A program made the position numbers and the translations under genes. A model generated the notes under the pieces. The model searched no databases and had not been told where the DNA came from. It saw only the letters and a program-made list of their open reading frames with translations. This document shows positions 13,543-26,429 of a stretch of DNA of 64,000 nt, piece after piece. The DNA comes from Octopus vulgaris (lineage: Eukaryota): positions 2,852,001 to 2,916,000 of the forward strand of contig OX597822.1 in the NCBI GenBank assembly GCA_951406725.2, written 5' to 3'. Each line of letters starts with the position of its first letter. Positions within the stretch are counted from its first letter, which is position 1.

Positions 13543-14105
13543 ACACACACACTTACACACTCACTTATACACACACTTACACACTCAATTATACACACAC
13601 TTACACACTCACTTATACACACACACTCACTTATACACACACTTACACTCACTTATACACACACTTACACACTCACTTATACACACACTTACACACTCAC
13701 TTATACACACACTTACACACTCACTTATACACACACTTACACACTCACTTATACACACACACACACACACTTATACACACACTTACACACTCACTTATAC
13801 ACACACTTACACACTCACTTATACACACACTTACACACTCACTTATACACACACTTACACACTCACTTATACACACACTTACACACTCACTTATACACAC
13901 ACTTATACACTCACTTATACACACACTTACACACTCACTTATACACACACTTACACACTCACTTATACACACACTTACACACTCACTTATACACACACTT
14001 ATACACACACACACACATTTACACACACATTTACACACTCACTTATACACACACTTACACACACACTTATACACACACTTATACACTCACTTATACACAC
14101 ACTTG
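13540..14105. repeat. 24-bp minisatellite (ACACACACTTACACACTCACTTAT), ~20 copies
   Basis: Regular periodicity read directly; gives the THTYTLTY ORF repeats. Confidence 0.9.
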
Positions 14106-14229
14106 CACACGCAAATATACTCACCTACACTGTTGCTACCTCATCATAGAAAGCGCCAACAACTTTGAAATACTAAATAGAAATATACTTTTGTTAGGGT
14201 CACAACGACGATGTGACGCGTGTGAAGGT

Positions 14230-14920
14230 GTAGTGGCGTTGGTACTGCAGTGGTGGTGGTTGTGGTGGTGATGGTGGTGGTGGCAGTGGTAGTGGTAGTG
14301 GTGTAGTGGTGGTGGTGGTGGTGGTGGTAGTGGTAGTGGTGTAGTGGTGGTGGTGGTGATGGTGATGGTGGCTGTGGTGGTGGTGATGGTGGCTGTGGTG
14401 GTGGTGGTGGTGGTGGTGTTGGTTGTGGTGCTGCTGCCGGTGGTGGTGGTGGTAGTGGTAGTGGAGGCAGTGGTGGTTGGTGGTTGGTGGTGGTGGTGGT
14501 GGTGGCGGCGGCGCCGCCGGTGGTGGTAGTGATGGTGGTGGAAGTGGTGGTGGCTGTGGTGATGGTGGCAGCGGTGAGTGTTGTGGTGGTGTTGGTGATG
14601 ATAGTGGTAGTAGTGGTGTGGATGGAGGCGGTGATGGTGGTAGTGGTAATAGTAATGAAAGCTGAAGTGGTGGCAGCGGCGGTGGGGGGGGAGGAAGGGG
14701 GTTGTTGCCTGTTGTTGTTCCGGTGGTTGTTTCGGTGGTGATGCTTAGTGACGGTGCTGATGGTAGTGATGATGATTCTGGCGTTGGGTAGAAAACGGGT
14801 GGGCGGGGAGGCGGGGTAGTGACGTTGGTGATGGTGAAAATAATGGCGGTGGGTGGCGGCAGAGACGCTGATGAAGTGTTAATGAAAGTGATGGAGAGGC
14901 TGACAACGACAATGATGATC

Positions 14921-14952
<32 letters not shown>

Positions 14953-15044
14953 GTTGGGGAAGGTGTATATGGTGGTGGTGGTGGTCGTCGTGATTCTACT
15001 AAGGACGGTGGTGCTGGCGCTGTAGCCGATGGTGCTTCACGTAC

Positions 15045-15110
<66 letters not shown>

Positions 15111-15166
15111 AAACCAATAGCAAAGTACCGCTCTGACGTTAAGTCCTCCTCCTCCTCCTCCTCTTC

Positions 15167-15239
<73 letters not shown>

Positions 15240-15260
15240 TGCTGCTTCTACTACTACTAA
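14230..15260. repeat. Degenerate (GGT)n/(GAT)n/(TAG)n/(CTA)n/(CTG)n low-complexity block
   Basis: Direct reading. Confidence 0.9.
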
Positions 15261-15451
15261 CAGCAACACAGCTAATACTAAAACCACCACAACCTGTTGA
15301 CGTAGTAGAATAGTTTCATACTCGAGGAAAAACCCTGCAATACAGATAATCGATGTTGCTAAATATCTGACAGGATTTAAATTATACCAAGTCCCATCAA
15401 AGACGGGTCTAATACAATTTCTCTCAAATATATAGACAGACAGACAGACAT

Positions 15452-15532
<81 letters not shown>

Positions 15533-15640
15533 CGGAGAGAGGGAGAGAGGGAGAGAGATATAGCACAGACGGAGAGACAGACAGATACACAGAGTGATAG
15601 ATGGATAAATCTATAGAGAGCTCGCCCGATCAATCGATAA

Positions 15641-15880
15641 GTTTCTTTATTGGCCACACAGGGCTGCACACAGATGGGACAAGTTACAAGGTAGAGCTTT
15701 TCTTTTGGGGGATGAAGAGAACAAAAAACAAAAGAAAAAAATAGGGGTGGCGTACGTTTTCGATCAAGAGGGATCGTAAAAGGGAAGAAAATAACAAAAA
15801 CAAAAACAAAAAAAAATTAAAAAATAAAAAGAAGAAAAAGAAGAAAAAGAAGAAAAAAGGGGAAGAGGAAAAAAAAATAA
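15641..15880 (-). mobile_element. Third Tx1-like 3' UTR fragment in (GATA)n
   Basis: GTTTCTTTATTGGCCACACAGGGCTGCACACAGA..GGTAGAGCTTTTC matches the other copies. Confidence 0.8.
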
Positions 15881-15989
<109 letters not shown>

Positions 15990-15990
15990 C

Positions 15991-16020
<30 letters not shown>

Positions 16021-16023
<3 letters not shown>

Positions 16024-16386
16024 TGTTTCTTTATTGGCCACACAGGGGATAAAATACAAAGTAGAGCTTTGGAAAGAAAAGAAAAAAGAGGTTTAGAATT
16101 TCGATCAAGAGGGATCGTGGTTTTAAAAGAAAAAACGATGAATAGGGATCGTGTATCACAGGAGTGTCATAGTGTAAATGGGAAACAGATTAGGTTTATC
16201 CATGGAAAGAAAAGCCTTGGGAAAAGACCACGGTGACCGCGAGCAATAATGCTATGTAATCAGTAAGTGATTCTCTTTTTTCCTTTCTTTTTCTGGTTCC
16301 TAGGATTATGCTCAAGGTGGCTCCCTCATTCACACGTGCCATCCTTGCTACATTCACTCATCTTTTTTTGAAACATTCTCTAGACA
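16021..16386 (-). mobile_element. Second Tx1-like 3' end (ORF2 tail + UTR) in (GATA)n
   Basis: Homologous to 16432-16870; same terminus TGTGTGGCCAATAAAGAAACATAT; GATA on both sides. Confidence 0.8.
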
Positions 16387-16431
16387 ATAGATAGGATAAA
16401 TAGATAGATGGATAGATAGATAGGTAGATAG

Positions 16432-17525
16432 ATATGTTTCTTTATTAGCCACACAGGGCTGCACACAGACAGGACAAATTACAAGGTAGAGCTTTTCTTT
16501 TGGGGGTAAAAGAAGGGGATTTGGTTTTCGATCAAAAGGGATCGTAAAAGTAAAGAAAGAGGACAAAATAAGGGGGGGAAGTTAAAATTTTTTTAAAAAA
16601 GGGAAAGGAAAAAATTGATCAATAGGGATCGTTATCACAGAAATGTCAATATAAAGTGTAAAGGGGAGGACAGGTGAGGTTTACCCGTGGAAAGAAAAGC
16701 CTACGGAAAAGACCACGGTAACCTCGGTCAATGAAGTCACATGTTATATATTTTTTTTTTTACAAATAAGCAACTCTCTGTATTAATTTTTACGGTTCAT
16801 AGAATCATAGTCAAGGTAGCTTCGTCATTCATACGTGCCATCTTTTTTTTAAATATTCACTAGACAAAACTTGTCTCTCTACTCTCACTTTCCTCTTCAA
16901 GTGATACTTGAAGAAGTTGATGAGAGATTGACCAGAGAGGAAAGTGTTTGTCTCTAATCCTTTCAGGCGCGTCCACCAGATACATTCTTTCGCCATAGCC
17001 ACAAGTATAATAAAAACAGCTTTTTTTGCCCCGAGCTCGTCGTCGTACCCCCCCTCCACTAATCCCCTATAGAATGCTTTGGTTGTTTTGAAGTCACTCA
17101 AGGTCGACCCGGGACGGCAGAGTTGCTTGAGAGCAACGCGACACTCGCGATGCCATTCGCCCTTCCTCGGCCTCTTTTTGATCCACGACTGCAATTCGGT
17201 CATGGAGACGAGCTGCGGGAACGCGAGCCTCACAAACGGCGACCACACCTGTTCACCGTCGTCTACATAGAGCCGGAGATGTCGCAGTCTCAGCGCGTGT
17301 CTGCGCATCATCAACCACGGCATGCCCAGTCCTCTTTTTAACGGGTGTTAACAGCAAATGGATCGCCTAACCATCGGGACGCATCCTTTCCACAAGAAGC
17401 GGAAGAGAATGCGTTCTAGTTTGGTGATGGTAGGGTCGGGACAAGGTATGACGGTCAGGCGGTAGTAGATGATGGACGCGATGTACGTGTTCGCCACCTC
17501 CGCCCGACCTTTTAGGGACAGTTTC
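16432..17525 (-). mobile_element. 5'-truncated, internally deleted Tx1/L1-group LINE (ORF2 C-terminus + 3' UTR) within (GATA)n
   Basis: Minus frame [45 protein letters not shown] (typical post-RT Tx1/L1 motifs), continuing into ORF 16829-17323 (..AKECIWWTR..); ends CAGCCCTGTGTGGCTAATAAAGAAACATAT(CTAT)n. Confidence 0.85.
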
Positions 17526-17615
<90 letters not shown>

Positions 17616-17684
17616 GATAAACTGATATATAGAAAGATATGTAGATAATCAGTCAGACAGACAGTCAGAGATAGACAGACAGAC

Positions 17685-17778
<94 letters not shown>

Positions 17779-17859
17779 GATAAACTGATAGATAGAAAGA
17801 TATGTAGATACTCAGTCAGACAGACATTCAGACAGACAGTCAGAGATAGACAGACAGAC

Positions 17860-17925
<66 letters not shown>

Positions 17926-18447
17926 GCAGGCAGACAGACATATAATGCACAAGCAAGCAACCATTTTGAAAGTGCTAATTGACAGAGAATATCAAGAAAT
18001 GCGAATAAAATGATTTGACTCGCAGACAACTTAAATCATTGTGAAAATAATCAAAAAAGGATAATATTCTTAGTGTAAGCTTCCTTACAGAAGAATCTTT
18101 TATATAGAAACTAATAAATAGTATTGATTACGAAAATGTAAGAAAGAATAGAATAAAATAGAGTTTTATAATATTGTTATAGGTCGAAATTGTTTTATAG
18201 AATTTCGAAATAAGTTTTACATCTTCTTGGCTACATTTGTTTTTCGGTTTCAATTTTTGGCTCTTTTTTCCTTTAAATTTATATATCTAGTGGAAATAAA
18301 TCGAAGATAGCGTATATGAAAAAGCTTCTGTGTGTCTATTTCTATGTGTGTGTTAATATATATATATATATAAATATATATATAATATTATTAGTGAATT
18401 GAAGAAATGGAGTTGAACGAAGATTGAACAGAATTCCTTTTATTGCA

Positions 18448-18527
18448 TTCTACACATGTTTCAAAAGCCACAATTTTCCAAATTCTGATTAAATAAGGAT
18501 ACCATATTGTGGCTTTCTCTTCAGGAA
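18448..18527 (-). ncRNA. Minimal type-I hammerhead ribozyme
   Basis: Minus strand: TTC-CTGAAGA-GAAAGCCACAAT-(31 nt)-ATTGTGGCTTTT-GAAA-C-ATGT-G-TA-GAA. Intact CUGANGA/GAAA core, 12-bp stem II, palindromic ACATGT stem III region, GUA cleavage triplet, TTC/GAA stem I. Confidence 0.8.
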
Positions 18528-21514
18528 AAAAAATAGGAATTCCGTTGGCAGAACAAAACAGAACAGAGGCGCAACAAAGCAATTTGAACGAGGCGGCTCT
18601 TTAAGAGCCCATGGCTGAACTGATTATCAATGTACGTTGAAATCGAGTGGTGGGTGCGTTGAAGATATGTAATATATATTAAATACAGGATATCTTAACC
18701 TCATAAAGGGAGAATTACATCCAAGAAAACACTAGTTCAGTAGAAAATATATTTTTGAGAAATAAAATTTCCCTAAATCAGTGTGTATATATTATGCATA
18801 TAATCCGTATCCGCTTAATAGCGGAAAACAAAATGGAGAGTTGAAAGTTAATAATTATTTATTGATAAAATGATACTTCATACTTTCTACAGCTGTTTCA
18901 ATTTAGGCTTATTAAACAAATAGGAAATTCAGGCAGATTAAGTAAATTCTTTCGATAAATATATATCCATGCTTACAAATAAAATCTCTCTCGAGCTAGT
19001 GTCCAATACACAAGCAACTGTTAATTGATTTAGTAACATTGAAAGCAAGGATTAACATAAACAGATTTACAAACATATATTGACAATTACTTTTCCTGTG
19101 TGAACCCTATTGTACTAAACAAACCCCTTCTTTTTGCTAGAAATTATCCAAATCTTAATATGAATGAAATTAGTGTTAACCAAGCTGCTCGAAAATCTAT
19201 AATTTTGTTAATAAATATTGGTTTAGAATTGACACACCTAATTACTTCGACATCACAAGGAACCGATCTCGTTTGCATTTAACTTTTGTATAACGTGCAT
19301 GAGGAATTTCCTGAAATTGGGCTTGGATTATATAAGGACGATGCATTAGAATTATTTATGAAAATACTCAATAAATTTTTCAAAAATAGTTAACTTTTTA
19401 GATGCTAATTTCAACCTTATAACTAGTAAACGCGAAAATTTTCACAAATTAAATATGAATTTAAGCCACATTAATTACTTAAGTGATCATTTCGGAGCAA
19501 TTCAAAACACGTTAAACACCAAAATAGGGAAGAGGATATCAAATCTATCATATGATGAAGAAATATTTACGAAACATGCAGTTTATTACAATATTTATTA
19601 CAATATTACAATATACGATAAAAATACCATCCACCTAATGGTAAAATTATAAATGACAGAATTAATTATACGACAGAAAAGACTGCCAATTCAATCAAAG
19701 CCAAACCTATATGTAAAAACAAACGTAGAATTAATAAATCATTTAATAATAAACTACCATGTGGTAATAAAAATAAACGCGGAATAAATAAACATCAACC
19801 TGGAGATAGTAAATACAGTATAGAAAAAAACTAATATTGAATTCTCTTATGCACACCATATAAATAATAAGCAACTGATAGATAATTGTAATTATGCTTA
19901 TAGTGACAAACATGTAAATAATAAATCGGATCATAGTAATAAACCGATAACTCCCCTGAATTGATAATCCATTGATAATCCACGTAATACTCGTGATAGG
20001 AAAAGTATACCATGTACCCCTTCTATAAATTTTACTAAATCGAAAATAGATCCTCAATTCTGTAATAATGTTTCTGAAGAATCTAGTAAGATTTCGTTCA
20101 TAAGCTCTGCAAATTAAAGATAATTTAATCAAATCAATATACAAATATATTTGTAAGCAATTTAACAATGATAATAAATATAGTGAAATTATTAATTATA
20201 AACACGTCAAAGCTGGTATTAGTTTAACCCGTAATCTGTTTATGATTCTATCATGTATTAACAAGAAAAATTTAGATAATTCTACAGAATCAGAAATATC
20301 CAATACAATAATTCACCTCAAACCCAACTTAACCCTCTCCCCCATATCTAAATTAAAATGTTAACGGCTACAAATACCGTAATGATAGAAGAGAAATAAC
20401 CCATATTAATTCCGTTCCTAATAATACTTCGAATAACATACTCAAGGAAGTAAATGGAAATTGTGACAGTAAAGTTAAAATTAATTGTAAATTTAAAAAT
20501 TTGTGTAAGAAAGATAACTTAGTCTACCAAGACATAGTTGAATCTCTAGGAAAGAAATTCTATTATATAGGGTCAACAAAAAATGGAATTAAGATTAGAG
20601 TGGCTAACCACTTACAGAGTTTTAAAAAGAGATAAAAAATGAATTCTACCGGATTAAGAAAATTCCTATGAGAATTGAAAGATAATAACATTGAATTTAA
20701 TATTAAATAGAAATTTGTGAGTTTTTTGCACGATCATGTAAAATCTCTAACAAAAGATTGTGAGTTGTGTACTGAAAAAGCATTTAGAATTCTCATATCT
20801 AGAAAAAAATTACTTATCTGTAAAAATTGTAAATTGCCTTCATTCAGCGAAATGTTTTCCCTAAGTTTAATTAAACTTTATACTGATAACATAGGTTGAT
20901 ATTAAATTATATAATATGCTATTCATATAATATCCCCCAACATGTATGAGACATATTACTTATTGATATAACAGACTAGAGTTATTGAAAATGTCTCGAA
21001 ATTATATCTATAAACAATAATTGAGATCACTGCTATTGATTACACCACTTTTAATACATAATATATTCGAATTTATTACCTTAAATTAACAACTAAAATT
21101 CAAACAATATCATGAGTGATAATTATTAAATACTTTACTGAGATTAACTTAATCACCACGTATTCATTAGATATAATTATTTACATTGATATAAATGAGA
21201 TGATACAACGTAACAAATTCATATCTATAGCCAACATAACAGTCTTTCTACATTTATACCTAACGGAATATTTATAACTTCTATTTTACAATACATAACA
21301 TTTTTGGCCTATTATCTTACGTTAATGCTTATTTTAAGCTATCATTAATAATATTTATCAATTAACTAACATAGATGAACTAAATTCCCTTATATTGATA
21401 ATATCCCGAAATTTTCTCTATAAATTACATTTATGATGACGTAAAGCACAAGATTTCTTTCTATCAAGAATATAAACAAACAATATATGTTCATCATGCT
21501 GATTATATGGTGTG

Positions 21515-21815
21515 GAGGCACATGGCCCAGTGGTTAGAGCAGCGGACTCGCGGTCGAGGGATCGCTGGTTCGAATCTCAGACCTGGCGATATGTGTGTTT
21601 ATGAGCGAAACACCTAAGCTCCACGCGGATCCGGCAGAAGGTAATAGTGAAACTTCTGCTGACTCTTTCGCCACAACTTTCTCTCACTCTTTCCTCCTAC
21701 ATCTTGCATCTCACCTGCGATGGACCGGCATCCCGTTCAGGTGGGGAACCTGTACGCCAAGAAACCGGTAAACCGGCTATTATGAGCCAGGCATGGCTCG
21801 AGAAGGAACAAACAA
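21515..21815 (+). mobile_element. tRNA-derived SINE, family C
   Basis: Head GGAGGCACATGGCCCAGTGGTTAGAGCAGCGGACTCGCGG..GGTTCGAATCTC with clear A and B boxes; body GAGCGAAACACCTAAGCTCCACG..ACAACTTTCTCTCACTCTTT. Confidence 0.85.
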
Positions 21816-21869
21816 AAAAATTATATGGTAAATAAATACATAATGATTATCGTTTTATTCTATTCTTTT

Positions 21870-22245
21870 TTTCTTTTCCTTATTTCAGTCATCTGCCTGT
21901 GGCCATGCTGGAGCACCACCTTTTAGTCGAGCAAATCTACCCCAGGACTTATTCTTTGTAAGCCTAGTACTTATTCTATCGGTCTCTTTCTTTGGCGAAC
22001 CACTAGATTACGGGGACGTAAACACACCAGCATCGGCTGTCAAGCGATGTTGGGGGTGACAAACACAGACACACAAACACACACACACATATGTATATAT
22101 ACGACGGGCTTCTTTCAGTTTCCCTCTACCAAATACACTGACAAGGCTTTAGTCGTAGAAGACACCTGCCCATGCAGTGAGACAGAAGCCGGAACCATAT
22201 GTCTGGTAAGAAAGCTATGTTCCACACAGCCACCCTTGAGCCACA
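21870..22245 (-). mobile_element. SINE family A, inserted in the Penelope-like 3' region
   Basis: Reverse complement of family A motifs. Confidence 0.8.
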
Positions 22246-22689
22246 CTTAAATATAAATAAATACCACCTAATTTTATTAATAAATCATTAACTTTCAACT
22301 CTCCATTTTCTTTTCTGTTATTAAGCGAAGACAATTATATGCATTATATATATATAATGGGAACACGGGACCAACCAGATTGTCAGCTGCCGTAACATAT
22401 CACTGATCACAATGCGCTTTGCATTGTTTTAGCCATCAAATGATGCCACCTTGCTAGGCGAGCAAGCCAACACTATCCCTATATCGAAAAGTATCACAGC
22501 AACGTGAAAGTATTTTGCTCAAGAACACAGCACGCCGTCCGTTCTTACTCCACGTCAGAGTAGACCTGGTAACAGAAGTGGCTCCACATTCATCAAAACG
22601 TTGGAACTCCCGAACTAGAGCTTCACTACCGGATGCAGCTTAAAGTCATACCCAGGATAAATATCATACGATATATATATATATATAAA

Positions 22690-22979
22690 CAGTGGCGGAC
22701 TGGCCAGGTTGTCAGCTTGCCCGATGGCAAGTGGGTCCCTGTGCCATCAGAATCCATATATGGATGCCTATTTTAGTATCTAAGGGGCCCATCCCCTCAA
22801 GTTTGAGAATTTTTTATTCACTCCTGGAAGAATGCATGAATTATTTAGACCTGGCTGAGTTTGTAGACAGTTGAAAAGAATACTCTTAAGAAAAATTAAA
22901 ATAAATTATAGCATTGTAGTTGCGGGTGGGCCCACTTAGTCTCCTGGCAACCAATATTTTTAGACCCAGTTCGCCACTG
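22690..22979. mobile_element. hAT-like MITE
   Basis: TIRs CAGTGGCGGACTGG / CCAGTTCGCCACTG. Confidence 0.75.
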
Positions 22980-23258
22980 TATGTGTGTGTGTATGTCTGT
23001 GTGTGTTTGTGCATGTGCGTGTGTGTGCTTATACTGATGGGTACTTAAATGCAAAACAAGGTGGAAAATATAGTACTCAAATACGAAAGGTGGAGTTCCA
23101 TGATTTTCTTCGATCATATAGTAATATAAATAATAAATACATAAATACATATATATATACATGCATATATGTACATACCTACATATATAGGTATATATAC
23201 ATGCATATATGGGTATAGAACATAAAGAATGTAGACAAAAGTATCTCCCCTCTCTCTG

Positions 23259-23368
<110 letters not shown>

Positions 23369-23445
23369 TAGAAAGGAGGTACAAACAGGAAAATTAGAGC
23401 TGAAAAAGTAAGTATATGCATATTCTTAATATTTAACAGCCGTAA

Positions 23446-23635
23446 GGCGTCGAGCTGGCAGAAACGTTAGCACGCCGGGCGAAAAGCCTACCGGTATTTT
23501 GTCTGCCACTACGTTCTGAGTTCAAATTCGCCGAGATCGATTTTCCATTCATCTTTTGGAGGATCGATAAGTCAAGTAATCTACTAGCTCCCTCCCCCAA
23601 ACTTTCGGGCCTTGTGTCCAGAGTAGAAAAGAATA
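23446..23635 (+). mobile_element. SINE family B
   Basis: Head, core and tail-1 motifs. Confidence 0.8.
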
Positions 23636-23640
23636 TTTAA

Positions 23641-23724
23641 CAGAAGTAGCTGAGTGACTCAATGTGCGAGAGTTTCGTGCGTTGGTTGCCAACGCTCAGG
23701 CCTCGAGTCACTCAGTTACTTCTG
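23641..23724. repeat. 84-bp hairpin / mini-MITE
   Basis: 20-bp arms CAGAAGTAGCTGAGTGACTC / GAGTCACTCAGTTACTTCTG with one mismatch. Confidence 0.75.
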
Positions 23725-23731
23725 ATATATA

Positions 23732-24335
23732 CAGGATGAGGAATCAAAATTTTGAGGCAGGGATTGAAAGACAGGGTATGACCAGTTAGTTTATTCAAAG
23801 TCATGGGAATTTATTTGCCACAAGAAAATTTGCATAATAGAAAATGTTTTTATTTCATGTATCCTTCTTTCTTAAATTAACCTCAAATCATATTTTACTG
23901 CATTTCTAATGATCTTGTTGTCTACCTCAAGTTCAGTTGTCATTTTGGTCATGGATTTGGTTGGATCCTTTAGGATTTCGGATTTGAGAGCTTAAATAAA
24001 AGCTTTGGTACGTTTTTTGTTGATTCCTCCTCTTCAAGACTTCCTTGTAATAGTTTTGCTCACAGTCATTCTATTCTTTACATTATAAACAGTCTTTATG
24101 GACATTCCAACTATTCTTGAAATCTCTCTTGGTGTGACGAGTGCATTCAGCAAATCACACACTCTTTGGCATTTGCTTTCCTGATTACTCAAATGGGCAA
24201 AAGTTTCTGAAAAGGTAAGGATGATAGTGTTGGGTATGATTATGACATCAATATATGCTAGGTTTCAAAACAATTGACTTAGTGCCAGCTGAGAAAAAGC
24301 AACTTAACGTTCATCGTAAATTTTGCTTCCCCACC

Positions 24336-24338
<3 letters not shown>
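23732..24338 (-). mobile_element. Internally deleted Tc1/mariner-superfamily transposon with pseudogenised N-terminal HTH
   Basis: TA|CAGGATGAGGAATCAAAATTT ... AAATTTTGCTTCCCCACCCTG|TA; minus frame ~24192-23875: SNQESKCQRVCDLLNALVTPREISRIVGMSIKTVYNVK..RKS*RGGINKKRT..ILKDPTKSMTKMTTELEVDNKIIRNAVKYDL. Confidence 0.85.
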
Positions 24339-24433
<95 letters not shown>

Positions 24434-24769
24434 ATAATAACAATATAATAAATAAAACATATGCATACATACATACATATATGTACATACCTACATCTAT
24501 ATGTATATATACATGCATATATGAGTACAGGACACCACAAATAAACGTAGAACACAACGAGAAACGAACACATAAAACCAAACAAAGAAACGGACTCTTT
24601 TTAACAACGAAAAAACAGAGTACAAGACATACAACAGAGGGAACATTCCCCTTCTTCAGCTGCCCCTGTTTCGACTCAAGCTGATAGTAAATATATCGTG
24701 GTACACATGTATTGAGTACTCTAATAATGTTCATGAAAATACATAAAATAGATTCCAATGGCCTGACCT

Positions 24770-25070
24770 GGTTCTCCGTCGGTTACAACGACAATGGTTC
24801 CAGTCGATCCGACCAACGGAACAGCCTTCTCATAAAGTTCAATTTCACGTGGCTGAGTTCTCCGTGCACCCTCGTGTCCTTAACGTAGTTCTGAGGGAGA
24901 TTCAGCGTGACACAGAATGACAAAGCTTAGAATTACAGGCACAACTTTTTTTTTTTTTTTGCCAGCTGAGTGGACCCCAACTACGAAAAATAAACTGTCT
25001 TGCTCGGAGATCGAACTCACGCCCTTACGATCATGAGCCGATCACCCTAGCCTCTAATCCACGCGTCTTT
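24770..25070 (-). mobile_element. SINE sharing the family C tail
   Basis: CCTTAACGTAGTTCT..GATTCAGCGTGACACAGAATG; related copies at 31600-31910 and 35165-35605. Confidence 0.7.
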
Positions 25071-25979
25071 ACACACACACACACACAGGCACGCAAGCAT
25101 ACACGTGGATCTTGTATGGAGGTATATACATGTGTGAACGTGCGTACGTGTGTATCTGAGTGTATGATTAAGTGTACGTGTGTATGAGTGTGTGCGTGTG
25201 TGCGTGTGTATGTGTGTGAGTGTATGTGCGTTTGTGTTTGTGTGTGTGTGTGTGTGTGTGCGTGTATGATTAAGTGTACGTGTGTATGAGTGTATGTGTG
25301 TTTGTTTGTGTGTATGAGTGTATGTGTGTGTGTGTGTTTGTGTGTGTGAGCGTGCGTACGTGTGTGTGTATCTGAGTGTATGATTAAGTGTACGTGTACG
25401 TGTGTGTGTGTGTGTGTGTGTGTGTGTTTACTTCCTTTTCTTCACAGATTAGTCAGCTTCGGGGGGGCAGTCGATGCAAGTCGTCCAAGTGGGACAGATT
25501 TATTTATTTCAGAAGAAAACCCCTAAAAACAACAACTCACAAACCGGCGGTGGATGTTATATAAGAACGGGGGGAGGGTAACCGCTACCATCGGAGGCGA
25601 TGGTGGCGGCGGCTGTGATGGTGGCGGCGGCGGTGGTGGTGGTGTTGGTAGTGGTGGAGCGCGTGTGTCAGTGGACAACCAACCTAAACCTTACCTCTGA
25701 GATCATAAGTAATGTAACTAGTGTAACGCACGTCAGTCAGACTTGAAATTGTTTTTTAAGCAAGCGTGTGAAAACAAGCAGCCAACGTTTATGATAATGT
25801 TTGTGAGGAAGGTTTGGGGGAGGAAACGAGATTAAGGGCAGAGAAACAGGGACCAGAGTCTTCAACAGTATATATACGCGCGCATACACACACACACGCA
25901 CATATACATCTCAGTAGCTACCTATAACTTTGTCTATCTATCTATCTATCTATCTATCTGTCGTCTGTTTTCCTTCCTG

Positions 25980-26429
25980 CGATCTTTTCGGTTTGACCGG
26001 CAGTTTTTTCTAGCGGTGTCATATGAAATTGTCACCCATAATTATGACCCTAGTATCGATCTATTGCATTTCAATCTGTTTTAGGATTAGGGTTTTTCGG
26101 GTTAGTTAGGGTTAGGGTTAGGGTTAGGGGATGGGGGGAAGGGTATCTTTTTTTTCTTCACAAATGTAAATAAACCCAATCTGTTTCTTAAACGAGGGAC
26201 ATATTTATACGGCACAGAATGTGTTTTACTTCAATAGACGTCAGTGATTGTTTGAAATTGCAGAAATTGAAGAAAAACAACAACAAATATCTTACAAACC
26301 ATAGAATTTTCTCAATAAAGCCAAGAGAAAAAGATGTTTTATAAACACATTCTACCAGTATACGAAGTTTAAAATTTTTTAGTTACCTAGAAATTATGTT
26401 AAAAACTGCCGTTCAAACCGAAAAGATCC
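25980..26429. mobile_element. MITE with ~29-bp TIRs, 8-bp TSD and internal (TTAGGG)n (possibly Merlin-type)
   Basis: TIRs GATCTTTTCGGTTTGACCGGCAGTTTTT / AAAAACTGCCGTTCAAACCGAAAAGATC; TSD CCTTCCTG at 25972-25979 and 26430-26437; TTAGGG repeats at ~26106-26129. Confidence 0.85.

Larger units (their letters stand above)
18790..22352 (+). mobile_element. Decayed Penelope-like retroelement (RT + GIY-YIG) with inverted terminal segment
   Basis: GLGLYKDDAL at ~19319-19348 (RT YxDD motif); LVYQ..YYIGSTK..KIRVANHLQSF..CELCTEKAFRI at ~20518-20795 (GIY-YIG); many stops and frameshifts; 18790-18870 is the reverse complement of 22271-22352. Confidence 0.8.

Noticed and set aside
13433-14149. 238-aa His/Thr repeat ORF
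   Set aside because: Product of the 24-bp minisatellite.
14200-14922. 240-aa Pro/His/Thr-rich ORF resembling an extensin or formin
   Set aside because: Translation of a degenerate (GGT)n microsatellite; open in several frames on both strands; no splice or domain evidence.
21515-21590. tRNA-like sequence as a functional tRNA gene
   Set aside because: It is the head of SINE family C, continues into the SINE body and lacks a complete acceptor stem.
23035-23090. CTGATGG-GTACT..AGTACT hammerhead-like motif
   Set aside because: Core mismatched and no correctly placed GAAA or stem III.
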